Virus record (IMG/VR): IMGVR_UViG_3300034418_009100
DNA from: an uncultured virus (IMG/VR IMGVR_UViG_3300034418_009100)
Lineage: Duplodnaviria > Heunggongvirae > Uroviricota > Caudoviricetes
DNA length: 62,620 nucleotides
Direction: 5' to 3' (one strand)
Shown here: piece by piece, positions 29,991-38,843 of the stretch
Numbering within the stretch: the first letter of the stretch is position 1
Layout of the letters: every line of letters starts with the position of its first letter
The notes under the pieces: model-generated
Database searches by the model: none
The model's input: only the letters and a program-made list of their open reading frames with translations
What the model was told of the DNA's origin: nothing
Position numbers and translations under genes: made by a program

Positions 29991-30707
29991 TTAAACGGAG
30001 TTAAGGCTGCGAACCTTTGCAAGCCCACAGTAACTGAGTAGTTGAATATAAAGCCAACCTACGTCGAATTCAAACCAACGACGACTTAACTTGGCACTGC
30101 CTGGATTCAAGTGATGATTATTATGTAACTCTTCACCGCCAACAATAATACCAAAAGGTACAAGATTACGGCTTTGATCAGTTGTCTGTCCATTTCTATA
30201 TCCCCACCAATGCGCCACACCATTAATTACACCTGCTGCCCAGAACGGTATCCACAGCATCTGTATAGCCCATACTATAACACCTACAGCACCAAATAGC
30301 AATAAATCTATCGATAATAAAATTAAAATACCTATCCAGTTGTAGGGTGTGTAAAGTCTGCGTTCTATATAATCATCAGGTGTGCCAACACCGTAAACAC
30401 TGATAGTTTTTTCATTCCGGCCTTCTTGACGGTATAAGAAAGCACCCCCAAACAGCACACGCCAAATACCAAACTGATGCGGACTGTGCGGATCTCCTGG
30501 TTGGTCACTGCGACTGTGATGCTTGCGATGAATTGCTACCCATTCACGAGTTATCTGACCTGTAGTCAGCCATAACCAAAAACGCATAAAGTGACTGATT
30601 ATGGGATGAAATGTGACTGCTCTGTGGCTCTGACTTCGGTGCAAATATAAAGTCACACAGGCAATAGTTATATGGGTAGTTATTAATGTATAAAGAATTT
30701 CTGTCAT
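29991..30707 (-). CDS. desA: membrane delta-9 fatty acid desaturase
   Basis: His boxes HRSQSH, HRKHH and HNNHH; minus-strand TAAATA at 30741-30746. Confidence 0.93.
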   Translation of the reverse strand: MTEILYTLITTHITIACVTLYLHRSQSHRAVTFHPIISHFMRFWLWLTTGQITREWVAIHRKHHSRSDQPGDPHSPHQFGIWRVLFGGAFLYRQEGRNEKTISVYGVGTPDDYIERRLYTPYNWIGILILLSIDLLLFGAVGVIVWAIQMLWIPFWAAGVINGVAHWWGYRNGQTTDQSRNLVPFGIIVGGEELHNNHHLNPGSAKLSRRWFEFDVGWLYIQLLSYCGLAKVRSLNSV

Positions 30708-30743
30708 AGAGTTACCACGACAGAATTTGTGCCGCACAAGTAT

Positions 30744-31898
30744 TTATTGAGCCAACAGTTTTTTAACTTCTGGTAAGTTTAAACTTTCTATGTTATAAAT
30801 TTGGTCATTTGGATTATTTTTATTGTGCCAAAGCATATAACCTTCAAAATTATCTACAAGTTCGTCAACTATAATCTTTTTAAAATCTGTATAAAAATGT
30901 CGATAGTTGTGTTCTAACACTTCTTTCATATCCCAATACATTTCTTCAATTTTATCTTCTGGTAACATTGCAATTTTTTCAACTTGATCACAGACCATCA
31001 TTAATCGTTTTTCATTGTCTGGCTCACTGTCATAACTTTCATCTATCCATTTGTCAAAAGTCTTAAATCCATAGGACTTTAAGTATTCAAGATTTTTATA
31101 GGCGCCCAGCAGTATAAATGGACGTTGACTTACAATTGGTTTGAATATTTTTTCTGTAAGATGTAACTTTCGATCAAAGAAAACTGTTTCAGATACTATA
31201 TGTAAAAAACAAGATTGCCACAGTGTGAATTCTTCTACTCCTAAGTGAGCACTTGCTGCACCTGTTACTTCTTTGTCTATGATATAATTATTTTTTATAT
31301 GAGCAAGGTTAGTGTAAATTTTTATTTTTGATTTTTTTGAAAGTTTTGAGTTGGGATCGGCTATTTCTTTTTTTGCAACATTTTTGTCATTTTTTATTAT
31401 CTGTAGACTGACCATACCCTTATTCATAATTTTGCGTTCTTGTAACTCGCTAACAAAAAGCAGTCTGTGACTACGTAGTTGAGTACATAACCTATTAAAA
31501 CTTAAAAATTTATTAGAAAATATAGGATCTTCTTTAGTAAAAAATTTGCAATCATTATACCAATCTAAGCAGGCAAATCCATGAAAGAAATAATAGATAT
31601 TATAAATTTCGTTTTTTCTGCAATATTGCTCTACTAAATTCGAATACTCGCTGGCAACTAAAATTATTTTTTCGTTTGGATGAGCATATTTTGCAAAAAT
31701 ATTATCTAAAACATATTCTTGAACTGGCTCTTGATCATAATGATAAAAACAAGTACTAGATCTGTTTTCTGTTCCAAAGTTTACTGTTAGATCGTTTATG
31801 TCGATACTACCAAACAGCCAGAAATATATAATGTCAGCCTTGATTTTCTTAAATAAGTTACAGTACAATACGTAGTATAGATTTTCAACGGAGAACAT
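30744..31898 (-). CDS. glycosyltransferase-like protein (GT10-like C-terminal motif)
   Basis: FLSFNR...HR and IVSET...LTEKIFKPI...PFI motifs; AT-rich. Confidence 0.6.
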   Translation of the reverse strand: MFSVENLYYVLYCNLFKKIKADIIYFWLFGSIDINDLTVNFGTENRSSTCFYHYDQEPVQEYVLDNIFAKYAHPNEKIILVASEYSNLVEQYCRKNEIYNIYYFFHGFACLDWYNDCKFFTKEDPIFSNKFLSFNRLCTQLRSHRLLFVSELQERKIMNKGMVSLQIIKNDKNVAKKEIADPNSKLSKKSKIKIYTNLAHIKNNYIIDKEVTGAASAHLGVEEFTLWQSCFLHIVSETVFFDRKLHLTEKIFKPIVSQRPFILLGAYKNLEYLKSYGFKTFDKWIDESYDSEPDNEKRLMMVCDQVEKIAMLPEDKIEEMYWDMKEVLEHNYRHFYTDFKKIIVDELVDNFEGYMLWHNKNNPNDQIYNIESLNLPEVKKLLAQ

Positions 31899-33149
31899 AT
31901 GTTAAATCAAAAAATTGGTTTTATCGGTATCGGTAAACTTGGGCTAGACTGTGCAGAAGTTATGGCTGAAAAACATGAAGTTAGAGGCTATGATATTTAC
32001 CCTAGGCAAAGTGACACAGTAAAAGTTTGTGGTATTGAAGAACTAGTCAATGAAAGTGATTGGATTTTCATTGCAGTGCCTACACCCCATGCAGAAGGTT
32101 ACGACGGCAGCGTACCTAGCAGTCACATGGAGCCAAAAGATTTTGGCCACGATGCAGTAATCGATGCTATTAAAAATGTAAACAAGTATGCAAAAACAAG
32201 TAAAAAGGTTGTGCTGATCAGCACAGTATTACCGGGAACAACCAGACGTAAATTTATCCCATTGTTAGATAGTAAACACGAGTTTTGTTACAATCCATAT
32301 CTAATTGCTATGGGTTCAGTAAAATGGGATATGACTAACCCAGAAATGGTTATTGTTGGAACAGAGGACGGAGAAATCAGCGGCGTTGCAGGCGAACTAA
32401 TTGACTTGTATAAAACAATTATGGAAAATGATCCACGCTATGAAGTTGGCACCTGGGATGAATGCGAAGCAATAAAAATCTTTTATAACACTTATATCAG
32501 CGCCAAAGTCGGCATCGTTAACATGATTCAGGACTTTGCCATGCGTATTGGTAATATTGACGTAGACGTTGTTACTAATGCATTAGCACGTAGTACTATG
32601 CGACTACAAGGCCCCAAGTACATGACTGCTGGAATGGGGGATGCAGGTGCATGCCATCCTAGAGATAATATTGCCTTACGTTGGCTAGCAGAAGAATATG
32701 ATATTGGATACGACTTGTTTGATACAATTATGCACGCTCGAGAGATTCAAGCAGAAAACTTGGCCAAATTCTTAATTGATCAAAGCAGGGACGCCGGGGA
32801 TTTGCCAATTGTTATTCATGGTAAAGCCTATAAGCCAGACGTAGAATACTGTATTGGTAGTTATAGTACACTAGTTGGACATTATGTTACTAAGCATAGT
32901 GGCAAATCTGTTATGTACGTTGACCCTTTGTCTGATGATCCAACTGACGTGGTTTCGGAAGTCAGAGAACCGGCTGTTTATCTATGGGCACACAATCGTA
33001 AAATTACCTACGAATATACCGGACAGCAAGAAGATACGCAACCATATACCGTAATTCAACCAGGCAGTATAATTGTAGATCCTTGGAGAAAACTAAAATC
33101 TACTGATACCGTAAAAGTTGTGCATTATGGTAACACAAGGGTACAGTGA
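31899..33149 (+). CDS. UDP-glucose/GDP-mannose 6-dehydrogenase family
   Basis: GIGKLG, IAVPTP, STVLPGT, EAIK..YN, catalytic GACHPRD and AYKP motifs. Confidence 0.92.
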   Translation: MLNQKIGFIGIGKLGLDCAEVMAEKHEVRGYDIYPRQSDTVKVCGIEELVNESDWIFIAVPTPHAEGYDGSVPSSHMEPKDFGHDAVIDAIKNVNKYAKTSKKVVLISTVLPGTTRRKFIPLLDSKHEFCYNPYLIAMGSVKWDMTNPEMVIVGTEDGEISGVAGELIDLYKTIMENDPRYEVGTWDECEAIKIFYNTYISAKVGIVNMIQDFAMRIGNIDVDVVTNALARSTMRLQGPKYMTAGMGDAGACHPRDNIALRWLAEEYDIGYDLFDTIMHAREIQAENLAKFLIDQSRDAGDLPIVIHGKAYKPDVEYCIGSYSTLVGHYVTKHSGKSVMYVDPLSDDPTDVVSEVREPAVYLWAHNRKITYEYTGQQEDTQPYTVIQPGSIIVDPWRKLKSTDTVKVVHYGNTRVQ

Positions 33150-33645
33150 AGATTACATAAAACCTTTTTGGGATGACAGTTATAAAAGATTGCACTATAT
33201 CCAAGAAGGTTTTAATGACATTGACAGTGTAAACCGTTGGCGTAATCAAGGTTACAGTAATCAGTTCACTGGTTATATGTGCGACATGTGCAGTCCGCAG
33301 CCAGAGTGGAATCACCAATTTATTGAGCACTTTAGTAATAAAGGTTGGCGTGATATTGGTACCAGTTACTATAGAATGGATACTAGTACAGTCCTACCTG
33401 TTCATAAAGATTTGTACAAAAAATACGTAGAACTTTTCAATTTACAAGGAAAAGAATCCACAATCTATCGAGCAATTATATTTCTTGAAGATTGGCAAAG
33501 TGGACATTATGCTGAATATAACGGCGAACCGTATGTAAATTGGCTCGCAGGCAATGTCGTAGAATGGCAGTATGATTTAACGCACATGGCCGCAAACTTG
33601 GGATTAACGCCCAGATACACACTGCAAATCACAGGTCACGTTTGA
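33127..33645 (+). CDS. 2OG-Fe(II)/cupin oxygenase-like protein
   Basis: LPVHKD (HxD), H-MAAN and RYTLQITG motifs. Confidence 0.7.
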   Translation: MVTQGYSEDYIKPFWDDSYKRLHYIQEGFNDIDSVNRWRNQGYSNQFTGYMCDMCSPQPEWNHQFIEHFSNKGWRDIGTSYYRMDTSTVLPVHKDLYKKYVELFNLQGKESTIYRAIIFLEDWQSGHYAEYNGEPYVNWLAGNVVEWQYDLTHMAANLGLTPRYTLQITGHV

Positions 33646-34562
33646 TGTTAAACAGTCATAATGAATGGGACACTCTTAAAGAAATTGTTGTAGGCAAAGC
33701 GGATTACGCTAATTGGCCCAGTAATGATCCAGTGTTTGCTAAAGAAAGTGAACGCACACTTTGGAAAGAATCTCCTGTGCCCAGCGGTCCTATACCTCAA
33801 CAGATCATCGATGAATCTAACGAAGACTTGGAAGCATTGTGCGATGCACTACGCAAGGAAAGTGTCATCGTACATAGACCTAACGACATCAACTTCCAAG
33901 AGTCAGGTGGCATGTATAACTACTGCCCCAGAGATAGATTAATTGTTGCAGGATCAGAAATAGTGGACTGCAACATGATGTATCCTTGCCGCAACATGGA
34001 AATATTTGCACTACCTATGGTCACTAAACAAGCAAGTATGATACGTGTCATGCCCAGACATGAAGATATGATATTGGATGCTGCTAACATATGCAGGCTA
34101 GGAGACACGTGGTTATATTTGTTAAGCCACAGTGGTAACCAAGCAGCATTGGAATGGTTACGAGAGCAGTATCCTGAAAAGACTATCGAAGCCTGTAACT
34201 TTTATTCTGGCGTGCATATTGACAGCACTATTGTGCCAATTAGAGAAGGCGTAGCGTTAGTTAATGGGTCAAGAGTTAAACCAGACAATCTGCCGCATGC
34301 ATTGAAAGATTGGCATTGTGTTTATATCAACGATGTTGTGGCACAGGATTTTTATCAGTATCCTTATGCCAGTAAATGGATCGCGCTCAACATGCTAATG
34401 GTAAATCCCTACCTCGCAGTGGTTGATAAAAATCAGAAAGAGTTAATTAAGACCTTGCAAAAATTAAATGTAGAAGTTATAATGTTAGAACTAAGACATA
34501 GTAGAACACTAGGCGGTGGGTTCCATTGTGTTACACTTGATTTATTTCGTGAACATCAATAA
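33645..34562 (+). CDS. amidinotransferase (AGAT/StrB1-like)
   Basis: SHNEWDTL.EIVVG, CPRD, DAAN, HIDST and GGGFHC (catalytic triad intact). Confidence 0.92.
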   Translation: MLNSHNEWDTLKEIVVGKADYANWPSNDPVFAKESERTLWKESPVPSGPIPQQIIDESNEDLEALCDALRKESVIVHRPNDINFQESGGMYNYCPRDRLIVAGSEIVDCNMMYPCRNMEIFALPMVTKQASMIRVMPRHEDMILDAANICRLGDTWLYLLSHSGNQAALEWLREQYPEKTIEACNFYSGVHIDSTIVPIREGVALVNGSRVKPDNLPHALKDWHCVYINDVVAQDFYQYPYASKWIALNMLMVNPYLAVVDKNQKELIKTLQKLNVEVIMLELRHSRTLGGGFHCVTLDLFREHQ

Positions 34563-34591
34563 ATAACTAATTAATTTTAATAATAAAAAGA

Positions 34592-35311
34592 ATGCAGAGT
34601 TTTATAGATTATAGCGACATTATTTTTGACGCTTTTTGCCTACACAGCAAAACCAAAGACATAGTAGACCGTAAACAAGAAATCCTAACAAAGATTCAAG
34701 AACACTACAATCAAGGCGCCAGCACGATTTTGTTTGTGGGATTTAATCCTGCAATATTGGCCTGCCCAGTCGACAATATCTATGTAGCAGAAGTCAGTGA
34801 CCGTGTGTTAACATGGTTACAGGAACAAAACAAACGAGTATCGCTATTCAAAAACGAACCAATGAAATTTGACATAGTGGTAGCGTTTGATGAATACTTG
34901 ACGTTTGCTGACACCGAAGACCAACAGAAGTACTTGGTAGATAACTTGTGCAACCTTAGCACTGGTTTAGTTATTACTACAGTCAAAGATTACAAGAATC
35001 AGGAATTCAAAGACAGAGAATACAGCCAACCTGCAATTATTAAAGCCAACAATCGCATGACTGCGTTTACCGAAATACACGATTGGGATCACGCTGACAA
35101 GAACAGTTGGAGCACCATGGTCTACGAACTACAAGGTACAGATACCAAGTGCCATGGAGTATATCGTAGACGAGCACTTTATTTCAAACAGTTAGCCAAA
35201 TTTACTTTGGACAAAGGTGCCGCCGGATTTTTGGTTCACAAAAATTTAATGTACAAGAGTTTGATTAAAAAGAACTACGAACACGTTATCAGTATCCATT
35301 TTGAGGATTGA
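34592..35311 (+). CDS. degenerate class I SAM-methyltransferase-like protein
   Basis: ILFVG and FDIVVA...YLTF patterns; the glycine-rich motif I is degenerate. Confidence 0.45.
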   Translation: MQSFIDYSDIIFDAFCLHSKTKDIVDRKQEILTKIQEHYNQGASTILFVGFNPAILACPVDNIYVAEVSDRVLTWLQEQNKRVSLFKNEPMKFDIVVAFDEYLTFADTEDQQKYLVDNLCNLSTGLVITTVKDYKNQEFKDREYSQPAIIKANNRMTAFTEIHDWDHADKNSWSTMVYELQGTDTKCHGVYRRRALYFKQLAKFTLDKGAAGFLVHKNLMYKSLIKKNYEHVISIHFED

Positions 35312-35336
35312 CAATAATAGTTAAAAGTCATACAAT
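35308..35336 (+). promoter_or_regulatory. sigma70 promoter for a leaderless transcript
   Basis: TTGACA-17-TACAAT; ATG begins 7 nt downstream. Confidence 0.75.
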
Positions 35337-35342
35337 ACAAGT

Positions 35343-36050
35343 ATGTACTATGTTTTCGACGTTGACGGCACACTGACACCCAGTAGAGGCTTGATTGATC
35401 CCGAATTTTGCCGGTTTTTAATTGGCTCTGCTCAAAAAGACAGTTTAGTTTTGGTAACAGGTAGTGACAGCGCCAAAACAGTTGAGCAGATCGGCGAAAC
35501 GCTATTTCGTGCAGTAGAATACAGTTTTAACTGTAGTGGCAATGTAGTCTATCACCGCGGCGGCTTAATATTTACTAGCGATTGGGAATTGCCAGAGGCT
35601 CCTTGGCAGTGGTTAGAAAATCAATTATACAAAAGTGAATATCCTTGGAAGTTTGGTAGACACTTTGAACAACGTCCCGGGCTATTGAATTTTAGTTTTG
35701 TAGGCAGGAATGCCACAGGCAATAACCGAACAGAATACTATGAATGGGATCGACGCACCAATCAAAGAGCACAACTCTGCAATCAGTTTAATAGAAAGTT
35801 TCCAGATTTGGAAGCACAGATAGGCGGCGAAACTGGAGTTGACATTTTCCCCAAAGGAAAAGACAAAGCACAGATTCTAGATTGGCTTACGGGACCTGTG
35901 TGCTTTTTTGGTGATAGGCTAGATCCAGAAGGCAACGACAGACCCTTGGCAGATAGAATTCAAAAGGACAAGCGTGGAGCAAGTTATGCAGTTAGAAATT
36001 GGCGGGACACATGGCAACTTTTAAAACTAATGAATCTAGTCCAAGAATAG
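35343..36050 (+). CDS. HAD-IIB phosphomannomutase-like enzyme (eukaryotic PMM type)
   Basis: FDVDGTLTP, VTGSD, LNFS..GR, DK and FFGD...GND motifs. Confidence 0.88.
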   Translation: MYYVFDVDGTLTPSRGLIDPEFCRFLIGSAQKDSLVLVTGSDSAKTVEQIGETLFRAVEYSFNCSGNVVYHRGGLIFTSDWELPEAPWQWLENQLYKSEYPWKFGRHFEQRPGLLNFSFVGRNATGNNRTEYYEWDRRTNQRAQLCNQFNRKFPDLEAQIGGETGVDIFPKGKDKAQILDWLTGPVCFFGDRLDPEGNDRPLADRIQKDKRGASYAVRNWRDTWQLLKLMNLVQE

Positions 36051-37066
36051 GCTTTGCCTGTAAATGGATTGACACATCAGAACAAATTGATGGCATCAAA
36101 CCCAAAGATGATGCTAAAAAGTACAACACTGGTACAACCACAATCACTTGGTTAAATAAACAAACAAGGGAAGCTGCCGAGCAACGGCTATGGGACCTTA
36201 TGGTCCAAAACATTGAATCTACTAGACTGCTAGTGGAGCGAGTAGGAGAACTAGATGAAAACTTACGCATGGTTAGGCTTAGTAGCGATATCTTACCTGC
36301 TTATACTGAGCCCAATTGGAGTTACTTCTGGCAACGTAGAGATGTTCGTGAATACTGCGATTTTCATTTTAGCGTTCTCGGCGACAGTGCTCGCAAAAGC
36401 CGGACTCGTCTTAGTTTTCATCCTGGCCAGTTTACTGTGTTGGCTAGCGATAACCCCGACGTCGTCCAACGAAGCATAGAGGAGTTTGAGTATCATGCAG
36501 ATATGGCCAGGTGGATGGGCTATGGTAGAGAATTTCAAGACTTCAAGATCAATGTTCACATCGCGGGTCGAGCCGGCCCAGAAGGCATTAAACGAGCGCT
36601 CACGAAACTCTCGCCTGAAGCAAGAAATTGTATCACAATCGAAAACGACGAAATATCCTGGGGACTCGACGCCAGCCTCGAACTACGGGAAGATCTCGCT
36701 TTGGTGTTAGACATACACCACCATTTTATTAAGACAGGAGAATATATTGAAGCCACTGACCCACGTATTCAACAAGTTGTTGATAGTTGGCGTGGTGTGC
36801 GTCCTGTTATACATTACAGCATTAGCCCTGAAAGCGTACTCAACGACCATAGCCGTTCAGATAGACCAAGTTTGGAGTTTTTGCTCGAGTCTGGTTATAA
36901 AAAGCAAAAACTAAGAGCCCACAGTGACTTCTATTGGAATAGTGCAGTTAATGAATGGGCACTGACACATAATGGGTGGGCAGACATTATGTGCGAATCA
37001 AAAGCCAAAAATTTAGCCAGTTTTGAACTGGCTAAATTCGGTAAGGAACACAATCTAATTACTTAG
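36011..37066 (+). CDS. uvsE: UV-damage endonuclease
   Basis: RIGFAC, RLSSDILP, FHPGQF, IENDE, DIHHH, AHSD and MCESK motifs. Confidence 0.95.
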   Translation: MATFKTNESSPRIGFACKWIDTSEQIDGIKPKDDAKKYNTGTTTITWLNKQTREAAEQRLWDLMVQNIESTRLLVERVGELDENLRMVRLSSDILPAYTEPNWSYFWQRRDVREYCDFHFSVLGDSARKSRTRLSFHPGQFTVLASDNPDVVQRSIEEFEYHADMARWMGYGREFQDFKINVHIAGRAGPEGIKRALTKLSPEARNCITIENDEISWGLDASLELREDLALVLDIHHHFIKTGEYIEATDPRIQQVVDSWRGVRPVIHYSISPESVLNDHSRSDRPSLEFLLESGYKKQKLRAHSDFYWNSAVNEWALTHNGWADIMCESKAKNLASFELAKFGKEHNLIT

Positions 37067-37418
37067 ACTTTTTTGTTCCTGAAGTTTTTTTAGCAGGTGC
37101 TTTCTTGGCAGCAGTCTTAGTGGCTGCTGTCTTTTTGGCTGCTGTAGTTTTCTTGGCAGGTGCCTTCTTAGCGGCAGTGCTTTTTGCTGCTACTGCTTTA
37201 GGTTTAGGCTCTGCGTCTTTTTTTACACCAACTGCTGTTGGAAAAGGCCACTCACCTTGTTGTAAACTTGGTGGTTCAATTTTGTAAGGTGCTGCCGCTT
37301 CTTGAGCCCGGCGTGTAGCGGCTTCCATGGCTGAGTCCTCATGCTCTCTACCTTTTTGAAAACTACGGTAAATTACATAACCACCAACTGCTACTACTGC
37401 AATAATTAATGCTTCCAT
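37059..37418 (-). CDS. histone H1-like AAKK-repeat protein with N-terminal TM segment
   Basis: Hydrophobic N-terminus; C-terminal AAKKAPAKK repeats. Confidence 0.75.
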   Translation of the reverse strand: MEALIIAVVAVGGYVIYRSFQKGREHEDSAMEAATRRAQEAAAPYKIEPPSLQQGEWPFPTAVGVKKDAEPKPKAVAAKSTAAKKAPAKKTTAAKKTAATKTAAKKAPAKKTSGTKKSK

Positions 37419-37429
37419 TGTGTTTTTCC

Positions 37430-38062
37430 TTATTGTTGATCAGCGAACTCTAGTTTCGTTCTCAAGTAATTTAGTAAAACACCATACGCTGGTAAGAACA
37501 CTACCAAACCAACTAACATCTTAACGATTGTTTGGTTGAATGCAACATCGCCAACCCAGGGTGCTGGATAAAACGCTGTGTAAAAGAACGTATATGTGTC
37601 AATAATGTTTGCAGCCAATGTACTGACAGCAGGTGCAATCCACCAATTGTCTGCCCACTTTTCACGAATATGTTGGAATACATAAACGTCAAGCATGGTA
37701 CCTACACCATAAGCAACACCACTGGCCAAACCAATGCGTAATGCTTTTTCCCAGGGAGCGCCGCCCAAACCAATTACCAAAATACTGGCAATGATTGCAG
37801 GGACGATAGCCATTGCTACAACTGCTCTTCCTGTCTGCTTACCTAACATGCGTACAGTTAAGTCTGTACCAACTACAACCAATGGGAAAGTAAAGGCTGC
37901 GGCTGCTAATGGAAAGTTACCAAAAAATGGTAATTCTGCACCAGGGAAAAGGTCGAATTTAAATTGAACAAGCCAATTGCTAACTGCAATGACTAGGGTG
38001 TGAAGTACGACTAGTTTTTTAACTAGAGCACTATCAACACCTTCAAGTAATTTACTAAACAT
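37430..38062 (-). CDS. yhhQ: queuosine-precursor transporter (Vut_1/YhhQ family)
   Basis: IAVSNWLV, FP...TDLTVR, RIGLAS, LDVYVF, ST..ANIIDT and F..AF motifs. Confidence 0.85.
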   Translation of the reverse strand: MFSKLLEGVDSALVKKLVVLHTLVIAVSNWLVQFKFDLFPGAELPFFGNFPLAAAAFTFPLVVVGTDLTVRMLGKQTGRAVVAMAIVPAIIASILVIGLGGAPWEKALRIGLASGVAYGVGTMLDVYVFQHIREKWADNWWIAPAVSTLAANIIDTYTFFYTAFYPAPWVGDVAFNQTIVKMLVGLVVFLPAYGVLLNYLRTKLEFADQQ

Positions 38063-38158
38063 TGAGATCTCCTTGTTCGTTGATTAGTGTATTATTTACG
38101 ACCCGTGCGGTAAGGAAAAAAATTATTAAGAATTAGTATTCAGGTACTAATTCTGCAC

Positions 38159-38259
38159 TTGACTTTGTTTTTGTGCCTGTGTACAATATAAATACTTTGT
38201 AGAGATGCTGCATGGTGCGGGTCTCACAGTAACATTTCGTCTTAAGGAGAAACACAATG
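38159..38259 (+). promoter_or_regulatory. dual early/late promoter and ROSE-like leader
   Basis: TTGACT-17-TACAAT with TATAAATA; GAGATGC...GGGTCTC hairpin; TTTCGTCT pairs with the SD leaving a bulged G. Confidence 0.6.
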
Positions 38260-38535
38260 TTCACAATGGATACAGTAATCGACGCCGTTCAAACAGGCAA
38301 AAAAGAATTCGTAAAAACCTTTGTTCGTCAAGAAGACATGGCTGACGTCATGAACCGTTATATTGACATTCAAACAGACTATGCTAAAGATGCTACCAAG
38401 TTGGCGACAGAAAGCATGGCTATTGTTGGTAAGCAAGCACAACAGGCTTTTGAAACTTTTGCTAAGTTTGACTTTATTAAATTTGGCAATGACATGACCA
38501 AAGCATTTCAAACTGCTACAGCCAAAGCCAAATAA
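38257..38535 (+). CDS. phasin-like amphipathic helical protein
   Basis: 92 aa, all-helical and Ala/Lys/Thr-rich; strong RBS; family assignment tentative. Confidence 0.5.
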   Translation: MFTMDTVIDAVQTGKKEFVKTFVRQEDMADVMNRYIDIQTDYAKDATKLATESMAIVGKQAQQAFETFAKFDFIKFGNDMTKAFQTATAKAK

Positions 38536-38556
38536 TAATACTTTAGTATTATAGAT

Positions 38557-38614
38557 AAACCCGCCTAGTGCGGGTTTTTTATTGGTTGACACGAATTCCC
38601 TATTTTAGTACAAT
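38557..38614 (+). terminator. terminator followed by a sigma70 promoter
   Basis: AAACCCGC-CTAGT-GCGGGTTTTT, then TTGACA(38586)-17-TACAAT. Confidence 0.85.
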
Positions 38615-38642
38615 TACCATATCGTAATTAGTTGGAGCCTGA

Positions 38643-38843
38643 ATGGCACACTATAGTTTCACACCTGCTCGCAAGTTTGAACCCCGCAAGGGTTTGGAAG
38701 GGCCTTTTTATTACAGTTCGGGCAGAGTTCTTTACTATGACCCAAAGCAGGGCGAATACTACGACCCCACCACGGACTTTTATGTCAGTCATGAAGAAGT
38801 CCTGGAATTGCAACAACAAGACTTCAAGGTATTGGCACGATGA
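38643..38843 (+). CDS. small early protein
   Basis: GGAG RBS; GLEGPF...LYYDPKQGEYYDP motif. Confidence 0.75.
   Translation: MAHYSFTPARKFEPRKGLEGPFYYSSGRVLYYDPKQGEYYDPTTDFYVSHEEVLELQQQDFKVLAR

Noticed and set aside
29733..30041. Plus-strand ORF between the lipase and desaturase genes
   Set aside because: It overlaps both neighbours in antisense; a short version from ATG 29892 is possible but unsupported.
38063..38160. preQ1 riboswitch upstream of yhhQ
   Set aside because: No recognisable preQ1 stem-loop with an A-rich tail on the minus strand; the leader after TAAATA is only about 25 nt.
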